DNA of 64,000 bases from a virus: the IMG/VR virus record IMGVR_UViG_3300042924_005659; one strand, 5' to 3'. Made by a program: the position numbers and the translations under genes. Shown here piece by piece: positions 48,475 to 57,727 of the stretch. The notes under the pieces were generated by a model. It was not told where the DNA came from and searched no databases. It saw only the letters and a program-made list of their open reading frames with translations. Position 1 is the first letter of the stretch; each line of letters begins with the position of its first letter.

Positions 48475-49653
48475 TTATTGAACGGGTACGTCTCGGCCAA
48501 CAACATTTTCATATATCGTTGGCGTATCGGAGAAGAATCCTGGCTCAGCTCCTAATACAGCCGGATTGTAGCCAACTCTAGGTACTAATCCAGAGAGTGG
48601 ACCGCCGGTAGGATCTTCTGGAGCGTTAAATCCGTAATTATATAAGTTGAACAGCTGCGGAATAGTCATACCTGCAAGAGCTGCATACATTGGAGCTCTA
48701 CCGAAGCCTGAACCTTTAGGCCCTGTAGGCATTCCTCCAAAAAGGGTTGGGGCTACTGCGGCTCTTACGCCTGCAGCAGTAGGGATTCTAGATCCAGGTC
48801 GAAGCAAAGGAGTTTGCGGGTTAAATCTAGCAGTAGTAGTTACAGGCGCACCTTTTCCTTTTCCTGATCCTGATCCTGGCCGGGTGGCGGTTATATCAAC
48901 AGGAGGTGTGCTGCTACCTCTTATTAAGAGGTTTGCAGCACTTGGACTTACACCGGGACCAACCATACCTTGAGACGCCATAGCAGCACGTAATGCCGTA
49001 GGATTTGGAGTATCTACTGAAACTGGTTGACCTGCACCTGAAACTGGACGCATTGCAACTGCGCTAAGAGGAGCCTCAACGCCCTCTAATTTATTAACAG
49101 CTCCAGTACGGACTCCTAAAGATCTACTAAGTTGTAAATCTGCTGCCGCTGGAGTCATGTACATTGGAGCTCTAGGGGCATTTGGAAAGTAGCTTCTTGG
49201 ATCAAGTAAAGCTCTATTTAAAAAGCCCTTAGTTGCCCCATAAGCTCCAGCACCAGAAAGTAAAGTAGCCCCAGTACCAAAGCCGCTTTGATCGGCTCCT
49301 ACAAAAGGAACGTCTAAAAACGGAGAATAGAATCCTGCGCTCGTAGGATCTAAAAAGGCCCCCGCACCATAGCTTTGCTGAGTCTCAATTGGCCGAGCTA
49401 GAAGCTCAGGAGCTCCGCTCATGGTTCCAGTGGGTCCACTCTGCACCTGAAATGGAGTTCCAGCATCTGAGAGTAGTCCTCCGCCAGAAGGAGTTGCTCT
49501 ACCCAAATATGCCGGAGCATTCTGAGCGCCTCTTACAGCGGAGGTAATATCTTCTGAGCCAAGAGGAGCGAGCTGTTGACTCGTAAAAGTAGGATCTTCT
49601 GCTCGCTTGGTATAGGCCTGGGCAAACTTAGCTGTAAGCTGATCTACGTTCAT
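48475..49653 (-). CDS. Gly/Pro/Ala-rich putative internal or ejection protein
   Basis: N-terminal KFA and KRA motifs, low-complexity body, hydrophobic segments GATLLSGAGAYGAT and MYAALAGMTIPQLF. Confidence 0.45.
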   Translation of the reverse strand: MNVDQLTAKFAQAYTKRAEDPTFTSQQLAPLGSEDITSAVRGAQNAPAYLGRATPSGGGLLSDAGTPFQVQSGPTGTMSGAPELLARPIETQQSYGAGAFLDPTSAGFYSPFLDVPFVGADQSGFGTGATLLSGAGAYGATKGFLNRALLDPRSYFPNAPRAPMYMTPAAADLQLSRSLGVRTGAVNKLEGVEAPLSAVAMRPVSGAGQPVSVDTPNPTALRAAMASQGMVGPGVSPSAANLLIRGSSTPPVDITATRPGSGSGKGKGAPVTTTARFNPQTPLLRPGSRIPTAAGVRAAVAPTLFGGMPTGPKGSGFGRAPMYAALAGMTIPQLFNLYNYGFNAPEDPTGGPLSGLVPRVGYNPAVLGAEPGFFSDTPTIYENVVGRDVPVQ

Positions 49654-50948
49654 TATTTGCCCTTTCCGCTATCGGTAAGTCCAGTTAGCTTGGGAACCAC
49701 GGAGTATTCCTTGTGCTGCTCACGCATCTTGTCTTCCATGGCCAGCATCTGATTCAACGAGAAGTCGTCAATCTGCTCGCCAGCCTCTAGTCTACGGCGC
49801 AACATGGAACGAAGCAATGGCTCGCTACGAGTTGCGGTAGGAGCAATAGAATTAATTTCAGACAAAGCCTGTTCGATTTCCTCTGGGCGACGAGATCCAA
49901 TGATGGGATCAGTCTTCATGAGTTTGTGCAGAGTTAGAGCTTTATCGATTCGAGAAGACTGATCCACGAAGTCAGGATCGGCTAGCGTATCCAGGATTCC
50001 TCTTTGAATAGACTCGCTCGGAGTGTCGATGCCAGGATTTAACTGCCCGGCGATTGTTCCTAAGTGCCCAGTCAGATCAATCAGCGATGCTTCTTTTCTA
50101 ACGGGACGCTTAATCCCACACATATCATTGAGAAGCTGAGTGCGCTCTAAATGATTTACGTAAGCATCGTGTTCCGCCTCAGCAAGCTTGGTATTGAGCA
50201 ACCGAACCTGGTTGAAGCCTTTGACAATGGAGTCCAGCGAATCCAGTTCCTCATTACCTAAAGAGAAATAACCAATCTTATCGGCAGCAAGCTTAATGCA
50301 TTCTGCTCCGGTAATGCCAGTAGCCAAGCTAATGACATCCATTGCTTCCTTGCCATGACGCTCAAGCATTTCTCTTGCCCAATGCGTACGGCGATAGGCA
50401 GTTACGGAAGCAGTCTTTTCCTTGAAGTGGCTGATGCTCTTGGCAAGGCTTTCACAAGCCTGGTTGTATCTGTTTCTATTAGTTTCAATGGCAAGCTTTT
50501 CCTGCTTGTCCAAAGAGGCAGCACTCTTGCTCAAAACATCAAACGACGGAGCTGTAGCCTGCTTTTCAACGAATAAAAAGCTATCGTCCTGGGCAGGCTC
50601 AAAATAGTTTGCAGACTCTGATAGATAAGAAAAAGAAGCCTGTGCTGCCTTCTTATTATCTACTGAAGCAGAATTTAAAATTCTAGCAACTGCTGCCTCG
50701 CCATCTGCTAGTGGAAAAGAGTTTCCTCTTTCCTCCAATCCGGCGGACTTAAAGTAAGCCAAGTGCGCTGCACCATTGTAGGCTTCTGCTGCTCGCAGAA
50801 TATAATCATTAGGGTAGTCTCCCTGCGATGCAGCTTTTACAAGAGCGTCAGTCGGATCCAGGCCATCATTGACATAGCCGGCAGTCTTATTTACCAGCTG
50901 TACCAGGCGCTCTCTGTTATCCGAAGATATATGCTTTAAGTCGTTCAT
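49653..50948 (-). CDS. Helical internal head protein (K-x-A rich)
   Basis: 13 of 28 lysines are K-x-A by hand count. Confidence 0.55.
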   Translation of the reverse strand: MNDLKHISSDNRERLVQLVNKTAGYVNDGLDPTDALVKAASQGDYPNDYILRAAEAYNGAAHLAYFKSAGLEERGNSFPLADGEAAVARILNSASVDNKKAAQASFSYLSESANYFEPAQDDSFLFVEKQATAPSFDVLSKSAASLDKQEKLAIETNRNRYNQACESLAKSISHFKEKTASVTAYRRTHWAREMLERHGKEAMDVISLATGITGAECIKLAADKIGYFSLGNEELDSLDSIVKGFNQVRLLNTKLAEAEHDAYVNHLERTQLLNDMCGIKRPVRKEASLIDLTGHLGTIAGQLNPGIDTPSESIQRGILDTLADPDFVDQSSRIDKALTLHKLMKTDPIIGSRRPEEIEQALSEINSIAPTATRSEPLLRSMLRRRLEAGEQIDDFSLNQMLAMEDKMREQHKEYSVVPKLTGLTDSGKGK

Positions 50949-51841
50949 TGTTGCTCTATTTTACCCTGATTTTGATTTTCAACAAAACGAGGAGGATTAT
51001 TGGGATGTAGGGCTGCCAGGTCCTGATCAGAATACTGCCCCGATCTAATAGGATCTGCTGGCAAGGCATTGTGATTCATAAGACCAAAGGTGAAAGATTT
51101 CAGCATTACGCTGACGATCTGAGATGTAAAGGTATCGTCTTCCTTTACTCCACCGAAGATAGCCTCAATCTTCTTGCGCTCATTAATATTGTCCTTGGCT
51201 AGTCCAATAAGCTCGGTGGCATTTCTAGCATTAGGCATAATGCCGTTGGCAGCCTGGATACCCTTGGACAATACCAAGTTGTCAAATAATGTCTCAAAAA
51301 GCTTTTGCATCTGATGCTGAGAGCACTTCTCAATGGCTTCGATCATCTCTCGACCACCAAAGATAGCTACTCGTTTCCAGAAAGCCTCTGTGCTGAACGG
51401 AGCAGAGCGCATGATTGGCTCTATGACCCAACGGTTTAAGTAACCGTAATTAGTCAGGTTGTCCAAAACGTCAAAGAAGCATTTGACGTAGTATTCGACG
51501 ACAGGTGCTTCGTGCCCAACTACCTTTGCGACTTCCTCAAAGGAGTAGCTGGCTAGTACACGGGTGTCGACGTCCAGGCGATACGAAGGCCCATTCTCGT
51601 AGAGCATGAGAGCGTCAGCAATGTCTGGATGAGCGTCTTTGTACGCCTCGACAACGTCGACCGGCTCTTGGCGAATTACCTTGAGCAGTGCGTAGAGTTC
51701 TCTTACGTACTTATCGTCGTCCTTGCGGGGTTCACGCCATTCGTCTAGTAGTTTGACTACATAGTTATAGCGCCAGTCTGGACTTTTAAGTCTACGTGGT
51801 GCCGGCTGGCGATTCGATAAAGATACGTTTGCTCTACGCAT
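50945..51841 (-). CDS. Hypothetical helical protein
   Basis: In-operon ORF (PDWRYNYVVKL); not K-x-A enriched; no function recognised. Confidence 0.55.
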   Translation of the reverse strand: MRRANVSLSNRQPAPRRLKSPDWRYNYVVKLLDEWREPRKDDDKYVRELYALLKVIRQEPVDVVEAYKDAHPDIADALMLYENGPSYRLDVDTRVLASYSFEEVAKVVGHEAPVVEYYVKCFFDVLDNLTNYGYLNRWVIEPIMRSAPFSTEAFWKRVAIFGGREMIEAIEKCSQHQMQKLFETLFDNLVLSKGIQAANGIMPNARNATELIGLAKDNINERKKIEAIFGGVKEDDTFTSQIVSVMLKSFTFGLMNHNALPADPIRSGQYSDQDLAALHPNNPPRFVENQNQGKIEQQ

Positions 51842-51851
51842 TACGTCTTAT

Positions 51852-52430
51852 TTAGTCAGGCTTTTTAGTAAATCCAGCAGTCTGCTCAATTATGCCATCT
51901 CGGAGAGCTGGATGGACAGGGCTGTGGAGAGCTTTTGCTACACTACCAAAATAGCCTAGATTTTCTGGCTCTAGCTTTTTTAGCTTCTTAGCCGTATTAA
52001 ACTCCTCAGCAATTGCCTTAATGGCTTTTCTTCTAGCTAAGGTAGTTAATAATCCCCCTCCTAATGCTCCGCCTGCAGCGCCGATGATGGCGCCAAGGTG
52101 TTTATCGCCAAGTCCTGCTCCAATGCCGTACCCGGCTGGACCTCCGATTGAAGCTCCTCCTAACGTACCAGCAAGCATGCTCAGCATTGGATACTTTACA
52201 GTCCAACTAACGTCCTCTGACGGAATGCCTGCAGCCTCAGCTAGAACTTGCGATATGTTATTTCTAACATGAGCGTGTCCGTATAGAGGCATTAAGCCTG
52301 GAACTCCATAAAGATAATCTGCTACTACGTGCCCCGGGTGGTTAGGATCTCCGAAAGGAACATCTTCTGCTTTTAGTCTTGCGGCCTGCTTTAACAGCAT
52401 AGTGTGAACATTGTTTGCAATTTTGATCAT
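51852..52430 (-). CDS. Glycine-zipper membrane-active putative ejection protein (start revised to 52430)
   Basis: The ATG at 52430 lies 4 nt after the upstream stop; MIKIA...LLKQAA; hydrophobic LAGTLGGASIGGPAGYGIGAGLG...GAIIGAAGGALGGGLL. Confidence 0.55.
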   Translation of the reverse strand: MIKIANNVHTMLLKQAARLKAEDVPFGDPNHPGHVVADYLYGVPGLMPLYGHAHVRNNISQVLAEAAGIPSEDVSWTVKYPMLSMLAGTLGGASIGGPAGYGIGAGLGDKHLGAIIGAAGGALGGGLLTTLARRKAIKAIAEEFNTAKKLKKLEPENLGYFGSVAKALHSPVHPALRDGIIEQTAGFTKKPD

Positions 52431-52434
52431 AGTA

Positions 52435-54561
52435 TTACACCAATTGGTTAAGGTCTGTTTCAACTGCAGATCCAGAGTCAGACTGAATCTTACGTTCCTT
52501 GAGCTTAAGAATCAGCTCGCCTAAGTGATTAAAGGTATTACGAACCGACTCTTCCATGCTGGGAATATCTTCCTGGCTAAAGCGCTCAGAGAACTTATCG
52601 CCATGGAAAAGCATCAGGAAGTAGATACGACCGAGTCTGTCCAAGGCCTGATTGAGATCGACCATGTACTGATCCAATGGCGTATCGATGTCGGCTCTAT
52701 TGATCAGCTCAGAGATATTGGCTACGTCAAAGACATTGCGCTCGCCTGACTGAGCAGCCTGCATGATGTTGTCGACGGCCTGCTGATTCAAGGCCGGCTG
52801 AGTCTGGTTCATGCCGCTAATACCGTCTAGGACTCTCTGATTGAGCACGTTTCCAGGGGCGCCACTCATAGCACTCATAGTGTCGGCTTGCGGATACTGT
52901 TCCGGCACACCCAAAGTTGGATTCATGCCCATTGGGACTGGGGGAGTGTTCGGATTGAAGACCATGCCAGGATCAAAGAACGGGCCTTGAGCCTTTTTCT
53001 GGAAGGTATAGCTGGCCTCCTCTAGAGCAGCCGCCTTCTTCAAGGCGTCCTTGGCCGTATCAATGCCAAATCCTACGCCGGCAACCAAAGTTACATATGC
53101 GTCCCGGCGAGTGGCCTGCTTGAACAGCAGCTTGCCATTGCAAGTGGCGGTAAATCCGCTTCTGTCCTTGGCAACCTTAATTTCATCAAAGAGACCTTTG
53201 ATCTTTGCGTCGATATCTCGAGCGTCTCCAAGATCGATCTTTGGGCAGGAGTACATCTTCGCCTTGAACGAGTGTACCTTCGCTGCCTTTGGTACATACA
53301 GCGTATTGTCGATAAGTCGCATACGGCGATACGCTGGAGACACGACGACCTTCTCCATGGGGTAGCCGCCATAGTGAATCTTGTAAGTGGTGGCGCCGTC
53401 GAACTCAACCTTATCCGTTAGACAGAAAGGTGCAGACGCTTGAGATCCATCTGCCTCTACGAAGATATTGTAGGAGACTTGCTTATCGGAAACTCCGACA
53501 GTATCAGCAGTAGTCTTGGCGGACTCAGCCGAAGACAGCCCGTCCAAGAACTTCTTGAAGGCTTCAGTTCCGCCATCAAAAGAAGAAACAAAGGTCTTTA
53601 CAGACTCTACGCAGCAAGGTGTGACTTTGTCGTTGTCGGTAGGAATGAAGACGTGCTTGTTGAAGTTGTCTACTCCAAGCTCCGGCATCATTACGCCACG
53701 TGCAAACGCTCCGCCCTTCATGAGCAGGTCGTACACGCAGGCGCCGTCCACAGCGTTAAGCTTCATTGGGCGCTGAATCTTGTAGGGAATCTTTCCTTCG
53801 CCTCTATTGTCTCGAAGGACGATGCCCTCCTCCAGTAGCTCCTGCTTCTCCGAATCAGTCATTGATTCAAATACAGGTTGAGGGCTATTGGCGTCGATGA
53901 CCTCTACCTCTGGCACCTTCTCGTTGTCGAGCTGCTCGACTTTAGCCTGCTTGCATGAGCTAAGAGCCTCATACAACTCCTCGCCATAGGCTTCAGAAGC
54001 AAGCTTGTGCAGTCTTGGATTCTGCATTAGCGTACGAGTGTAGATATCCGCCAGACGGCAGTCAGCCTGCTTTAAAAACGACGGAAACGTCCAGTCAAAG
54101 TTGACGGCCAAGCTCTGCATCTTATCCATGCTGAGCTTGGTGTTAATGGTTGGATTGTAGATTTTGCTTAGATCCAAACCTGACTGCATGCCGACCATGA
54201 CATCGCCACGGGACATGCCTGAAGGCTCTCCCAGTTCCTCTGGACGAGAGTTGAGCAGAGTGTCAACCCAGTTTTCCTTGTTGGGTACGAACTTGTCCTG
54301 ATTCTGATTGTAAAGCAGCTCAGCGCCCTTTAGCTCTCCGTTCTTGTAGAAGACAGGAACGAACAACTGACGACCAGCTACGTCAAACTTGAACAAGCCG
54401 ATGGCCTGAGTGCCTTCGTCGTTCTTGTTTACGACCTCGAAGCCAAGCATGTAGTCGAGCAAATTGGGAATCTTGTCCCGAATGTAGGCAAAAGCCAGCT
54501 GAAAGAAATTCTGCTCGAATGATGCGTCGTCCGCAAGTTTAATGAGATTCTTTCTAGGCAT
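52435..54561 (-). CDS. Large head-module protein (K-x-A rich), function unknown
   Basis: 708 aa; KLA, KQA, KLA, KQA, KVA, KQA, KKA motifs; Met/Pro/Gln-rich segment near the C-terminus. Confidence 0.55.
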   Translation of the reverse strand: MPRKNLIKLADDASFEQNFFQLAFAYIRDKIPNLLDYMLGFEVVNKNDEGTQAIGLFKFDVAGRQLFVPVFYKNGELKGAELLYNQNQDKFVPNKENWVDTLLNSRPEELGEPSGMSRGDVMVGMQSGLDLSKIYNPTINTKLSMDKMQSLAVNFDWTFPSFLKQADCRLADIYTRTLMQNPRLHKLASEAYGEELYEALSSCKQAKVEQLDNEKVPEVEVIDANSPQPVFESMTDSEKQELLEEGIVLRDNRGEGKIPYKIQRPMKLNAVDGACVYDLLMKGGAFARGVMMPELGVDNFNKHVFIPTDNDKVTPCCVESVKTFVSSFDGGTEAFKKFLDGLSSAESAKTTADTVGVSDKQVSYNIFVEADGSQASAPFCLTDKVEFDGATTYKIHYGGYPMEKVVVSPAYRRMRLIDNTLYVPKAAKVHSFKAKMYSCPKIDLGDARDIDAKIKGLFDEIKVAKDRSGFTATCNGKLLFKQATRRDAYVTLVAGVGFGIDTAKDALKKAAALEEASYTFQKKAQGPFFDPGMVFNPNTPPVPMGMNPTLGVPEQYPQADTMSAMSGAPGNVLNQRVLDGISGMNQTQPALNQQAVDNIMQAAQSGERNVFDVANISELINRADIDTPLDQYMVDLNQALDRLGRIYFLMLFHGDKFSERFSQEDIPSMEESVRNTFNHLGELILKLKERKIQSDSGSAVETDLNQLV

Positions 54562-54580
54562 GTTTATCTCGAATAGGAAT

Positions 54581-54610
54581 TTACCTGACGGGGTTTCCCC
54601 CGCCAGGTAA
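54581..54610 (-). terminator. 13-bp GAAA-loop hairpin (one G-U pair) after 54624..55208
   Basis: TTACCTGGCGGGG-GAAA-CCCCGTCAGGTAA on the minus strand; the mismatch is a G-U only in the minus-strand RNA. Confidence 0.6.
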
Positions 54611-54623
54611 GAGTAGTTAGCTA

Positions 54624-55208
54624 TTAAACGTTGTGCTCGGCAACAACGATTACAATCTCAGCAGTGTCTCCTGCGGCACCGCTACCGATGTTAGCACTGA
54701 TTGCAGTCTGGCCTGCAATAACTAGGTTAGCTGCAGTAGCGTGTAGTGCTGCCTCTTTAGCCTTTCCTGAAGTGGCTGAGGCTGCAGTAAAGATAGGAGC
54801 AGTCGCATTAACAACGCTAGTGCCACCGGCAGTGAGAACCAAGGTCTCGTCTCCTCCAAGACCAGCAGTAGTGCGCATAAATACTGCCACTACAGTGCCT
54901 GGCTTGTGAATGGTCAAAGACGTATTGGCGGTATTTGAAGACAGGCTGAGATGATAGAAATCAAGGTTGGTGCCAAACTTGATCTTAGCATCTGCCATAT
55001 CTCTCAGGATTGCCTGCTTAGCCAAAACTCCGGTAAAGTCTGCAGCACGCTCAGAGATGCACTCTACAGCGTTGTTCGCAAGTTCCTTGCCGTTGGGGCC
55101 AACGTATGCAAAGAATCTTGAGCCTCCAGAGGTGTTCTTGAAGATGTGCGTAGCAACGGAGAGTTTACGATAGTTTTCTAGATCTGAAAAAAGATTGTTA
55201 TCTGCCAT
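54624..55208 (-). CDS. Probable abundant virion (decoration-like) protein
   Basis: AAAGGA RBS, Ala/Thr-rich beta C-terminal domain, followed by the same hairpin type as the MCP and tube genes. Confidence 0.45.
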   Translation of the reverse strand: MADNNLFSDLENYRKLSVATHIFKNTSGGSRFFAYVGPNGKELANNAVECISERAADFTGVLAKQAILRDMADAKIKFGTNLDFYHLSLSSNTANTSLTIHKPGTVVAVFMRTTAGLGGDETLVLTAGGTSVVNATAPIFTAASATSGKAKEAALHATAANLVIAGQTAISANIGSGAAGDTAEIVIVVAEHNV

Positions 55209-55300
55209 ATTATTTTCCTTTGGTAAATTGAAAGGGCCTTATTTAGACTAGTCCCAATCTACTACTAGTTTTTATTAAAACTGTCGACAGTAGGGGCAGT

Positions 55301-55828
55301 TTAAATTGCCCCTTCACCTCCAGCAGGAGCAGGTCTATTAAACCCCGGGAGGTTCTGCACGCCCTGGCCGAGGCCAAGGGCTCCAATACCCTTATTGAAA
55401 AGGCCACCAAGATAATCTATTCCGGCATCTACCTTAGCGCCACGTTCTGGGCTAGATTCGCCGTAGTACTGTAGACCACCTGCGCCAAGGCCACCAAGAC
55501 CACCACCGATGAGGCTACCCATGAGAGCAGAGCGGAGATAGCCGCGAAGACTCTTGTCCTTACCGAAAACAGCATTGGCCAACAAAGAAACGGGAAGGCC
55601 GGCAAGAGCGCCTGCGCCTGCGCCGATACCTACACCGGGACCATAGCGCTTTCCAGCTTCAAGAGCATCGCTGCCCATAGCCATAGCCTTGTCCATCATG
55701 CCGGGCTCAGCGCCACCAATCATGGGTTCCATATCCATGGTTCCCTTGTTTGCCTGCTTGTAGTGAATTAAAGTCGCCGCAATAAGAGGCTTCTTAACCT
55801 GTGCGAGTTCGTAAGCTTGTTTGATCAT
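55301..55828 (-). CDS. Glycine-zipper putative ejection / internal protein
   Basis: MIKQA...YKQA; GVGIGAGAGALAGLPVSLLANA and ALMGSLIGGGLGGLGAGGL hydrophobic helices. Confidence 0.55.
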   Translation of the reverse strand: MIKQAYELAQVKKPLIAATLIHYKQANKGTMDMEPMIGGAEPGMMDKAMAMGSDALEAGKRYGPGVGIGAGAGALAGLPVSLLANAVFGKDKSLRGYLRSALMGSLIGGGLGGLGAGGLQYYGESSPERGAKVDAGIDYLGGLFNKGIGALGLGQGVQNLPGFNRPAPAGGEGAI

Positions 55829-55851
55829 AAATGCTCCTTTTAGGTAGAAAG

Positions 55852-55860
55852 ATTATAGCA
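55852..55860 (-). promoter_or_regulatory. TGCTATAAT extended -10 promoter upstream of 55301..55828
   Basis: Exact motif in a 39-nt intergenic gap, preceded by T6 and followed by an AAGGAG RBS. Confidence 0.6.
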
Positions 55861-55867
55861 CAAAAAA

Positions 55868-57727
55868 CTAGTAAGTGCCTTTAGGGCCCTTTGAGATTTC
55901 TCCAGTAGCCAAGGCGGGAATCCAAGATGTGCCGTGGATTTGAGATGTGGATCCACGTTGCACGTTATCCAAGAATGTCTTTTTAAGGTTAAATCCTCCG
56001 AGCTGGACCATCCAGTCTCGATCTCCAATAAGTGACATCATGGCTCTCGTCATGGTTGGCTTAAATGGAGGAGGATTTTTATGCGCAACCACTTCATTGA
56101 ATCCGTTTTCTTTTAGCTCCTTAGCAACACTTGGAGTTATACGGGTTCCAATCGAATAGTGCAAAATTGGCTTCTCTAAAAAGTGATTTAGATACTTGCC
56201 TGGCTCCCCAGATACGAATCCCTGTCTGGGTTCGTAGCGAGATGCAAGATAGTCGTAGCTGACCAAATCTTCAGGATACGTGCCAGGAACTACGTCCGGC
56301 TCTGTAATTTCCACCTGATTGATAAGCCCACGAGCCACGACTTCTACGTTTCTACGATGTGCTGGCAGGCCGTTCTCTTGTAGGGCAGACTTGAACTGCT
56401 GGACAAAACGGCGTCTAGCCTCGCCAATGCCTTTTAATTCTGCCAAATCTTTAGGATTGACTATGCCGTCTGAGAGTGCATCTCCGGCTTCAATGGACTG
56501 GCCTGGCTTGACGGTTACGGCTTGATCTGTAGGCACATAGTATTTTTCATTATTTACGTGAACGTAATTACCGCCCTGTGGAGCAGGTTCGATCTTACCT
56601 ACAATGCCATCTGCAGTCGTGACAGGAGCGCCGTCAGTAAAGGTTTTTGGAACTTCTACTAATTGGTTTAAATAGTTAAATCCGGTAACACTGCGCTTAG
56701 CTTTGCCCTTTGCAACACCGCCACCGTGCTTTGAGTTAAGCATGCCTTGGCTTACAGGTTCAGCAATTGCCTGAGCGGCAGTGATGCCGACATTCATGCC
56801 GGTCTCGGCCAACTTACCGTGCTCTCTGACGCCTGCCGCCCAGCGAGGCAATCCGTTCATTGCGCTGACAGCGGCAATGGGAGAATAGATCATAAGTCTC
56901 TTTTTACCTGCTTGGGACAAAGACTTAAGAATGCTGGAGTCCAAGTATGTACCCTTCTTGAACTCTCCTTCGTCTCTAGCCAATATGGAGCCCATGTTGT
57001 CTGGGTCATCCGTATCAACCATCAGACCCTGGCCATCCTCGATATCCTCGTCTGTGACTACCAAGCGGTGAGCTGCGCCTGTAAGACGCTTGGCAAAGTA
57101 GCCTGCGTCACCTACTGCCAGTTTTACATCGATGGCGCCTGAGCGAGCACCGTAGGAGCCAGCCCAGTACTCGACCGGATCTACGCCCTCGGAGTAAGAA
57201 TTGACGACTGGGATTGGAACCGGGCGACCCTTGTTGTCGCTATACATCAAGTCGGTGCCAATCATGGAAGACAACTGATTCTTGTTTCCACGGGCGCCTG
57301 CGTAAACCTGCATGGCAAAGGGATTCTCGGACTTCAAGGCCTCGTCGTACACCGAGTCAACCAGGTTGTCCTGGTACTTCAAGGTCGCATCTACAATCGC
57401 GGCGTCTCTCTGCTCGGGATCCTTTACGGTGCGTAATATGGTTCGAACGTCCTTTTTAAGAGCGTCGGTGATCTTGCTCTTGGCCTTGGTAGGCTTGAGG
57501 CTTTCCAAGGTAAAGCTGGATAGAGGCGACTGTCTTGCGCTCTTTAGACCAATTAGAGTCAGCTTCTGCACCATGTCCTTGTAGTCATCTGGCTTCATTG
57601 AAGTAGCCATCTGAGTAAGGAACTTGCGCATAGAGGACTTGTCCCAGACTCGAGCGTGGTCTCGGTGTTCCTCGGGAAGCGATGAATTGATGAGCAGTTG
57701 ACCTACTGTGGTTATCGATGGTTCCAT
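55868..57727 (-). CDS. rpoC: DNA-directed RNA polymerase beta-prime subunit, C-terminal half (split rpoC; bridge helix and trigger loop; no NADFDGD)
   Basis: TTVGQLLINSSLP; GARGNKNQL; bridge helix YWAGSYGARSGAIDVKLAVGDAGYFAKRL; trigger loop GITAAQAIAEPVSQGMLNSKHGGG; TGFNYLNQLVEVPK; SBHM VKPGQSIEAGDALSDGIVNPKDL; RRNVEVVARGL. Probable start MEPSITT at 57727 (track start 57751). Confidence 0.9.
   Translation of the reverse strand: MEPSITTVGQLLINSSLPEEHRDHARVWDKSSMRKFLTQMATSMKPDDYKDMVQKLTLIGLKSARQSPLSSFTLESLKPTKAKSKITDALKKDVRTILRTVKDPEQRDAAIVDATLKYQDNLVDSVYDEALKSENPFAMQVYAGARGNKNQLSSMIGTDLMYSDNKGRPVPIPVVNSYSEGVDPVEYWAGSYGARSGAIDVKLAVGDAGYFAKRLTGAAHRLVVTDEDIEDGQGLMVDTDDPDNMGSILARDEGEFKKGTYLDSSILKSLSQAGKKRLMIYSPIAAVSAMNGLPRWAAGVREHGKLAETGMNVGITAAQAIAEPVSQGMLNSKHGGGVAKGKAKRSVTGFNYLNQLVEVPKTFTDGAPVTTADGIVGKIEPAPQGGNYVHVNNEKYYVPTDQAVTVKPGQSIEAGDALSDGIVNPKDLAELKGIGEARRRFVQQFKSALQENGLPAHRRNVEVVARGLINQVEITEPDVVPGTYPEDLVSYDYLASRYEPRQGFVSGEPGKYLNHFLEKPILHYSIGTRITPSVAKELKENGFNEVVAHKNPPPFKPTMTRAMMSLIGDRDWMVQLGGFNLKKTFLDNVQRGSTSQIHGTSWIPALATGEISKGPKGTY

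Noticed and set aside
52435-54561. Possible portal protein or additional RNAP subunit
   Set aside because: No portal or RNAP motif was recognised by eye; left as an unknown head protein pending HHpred.
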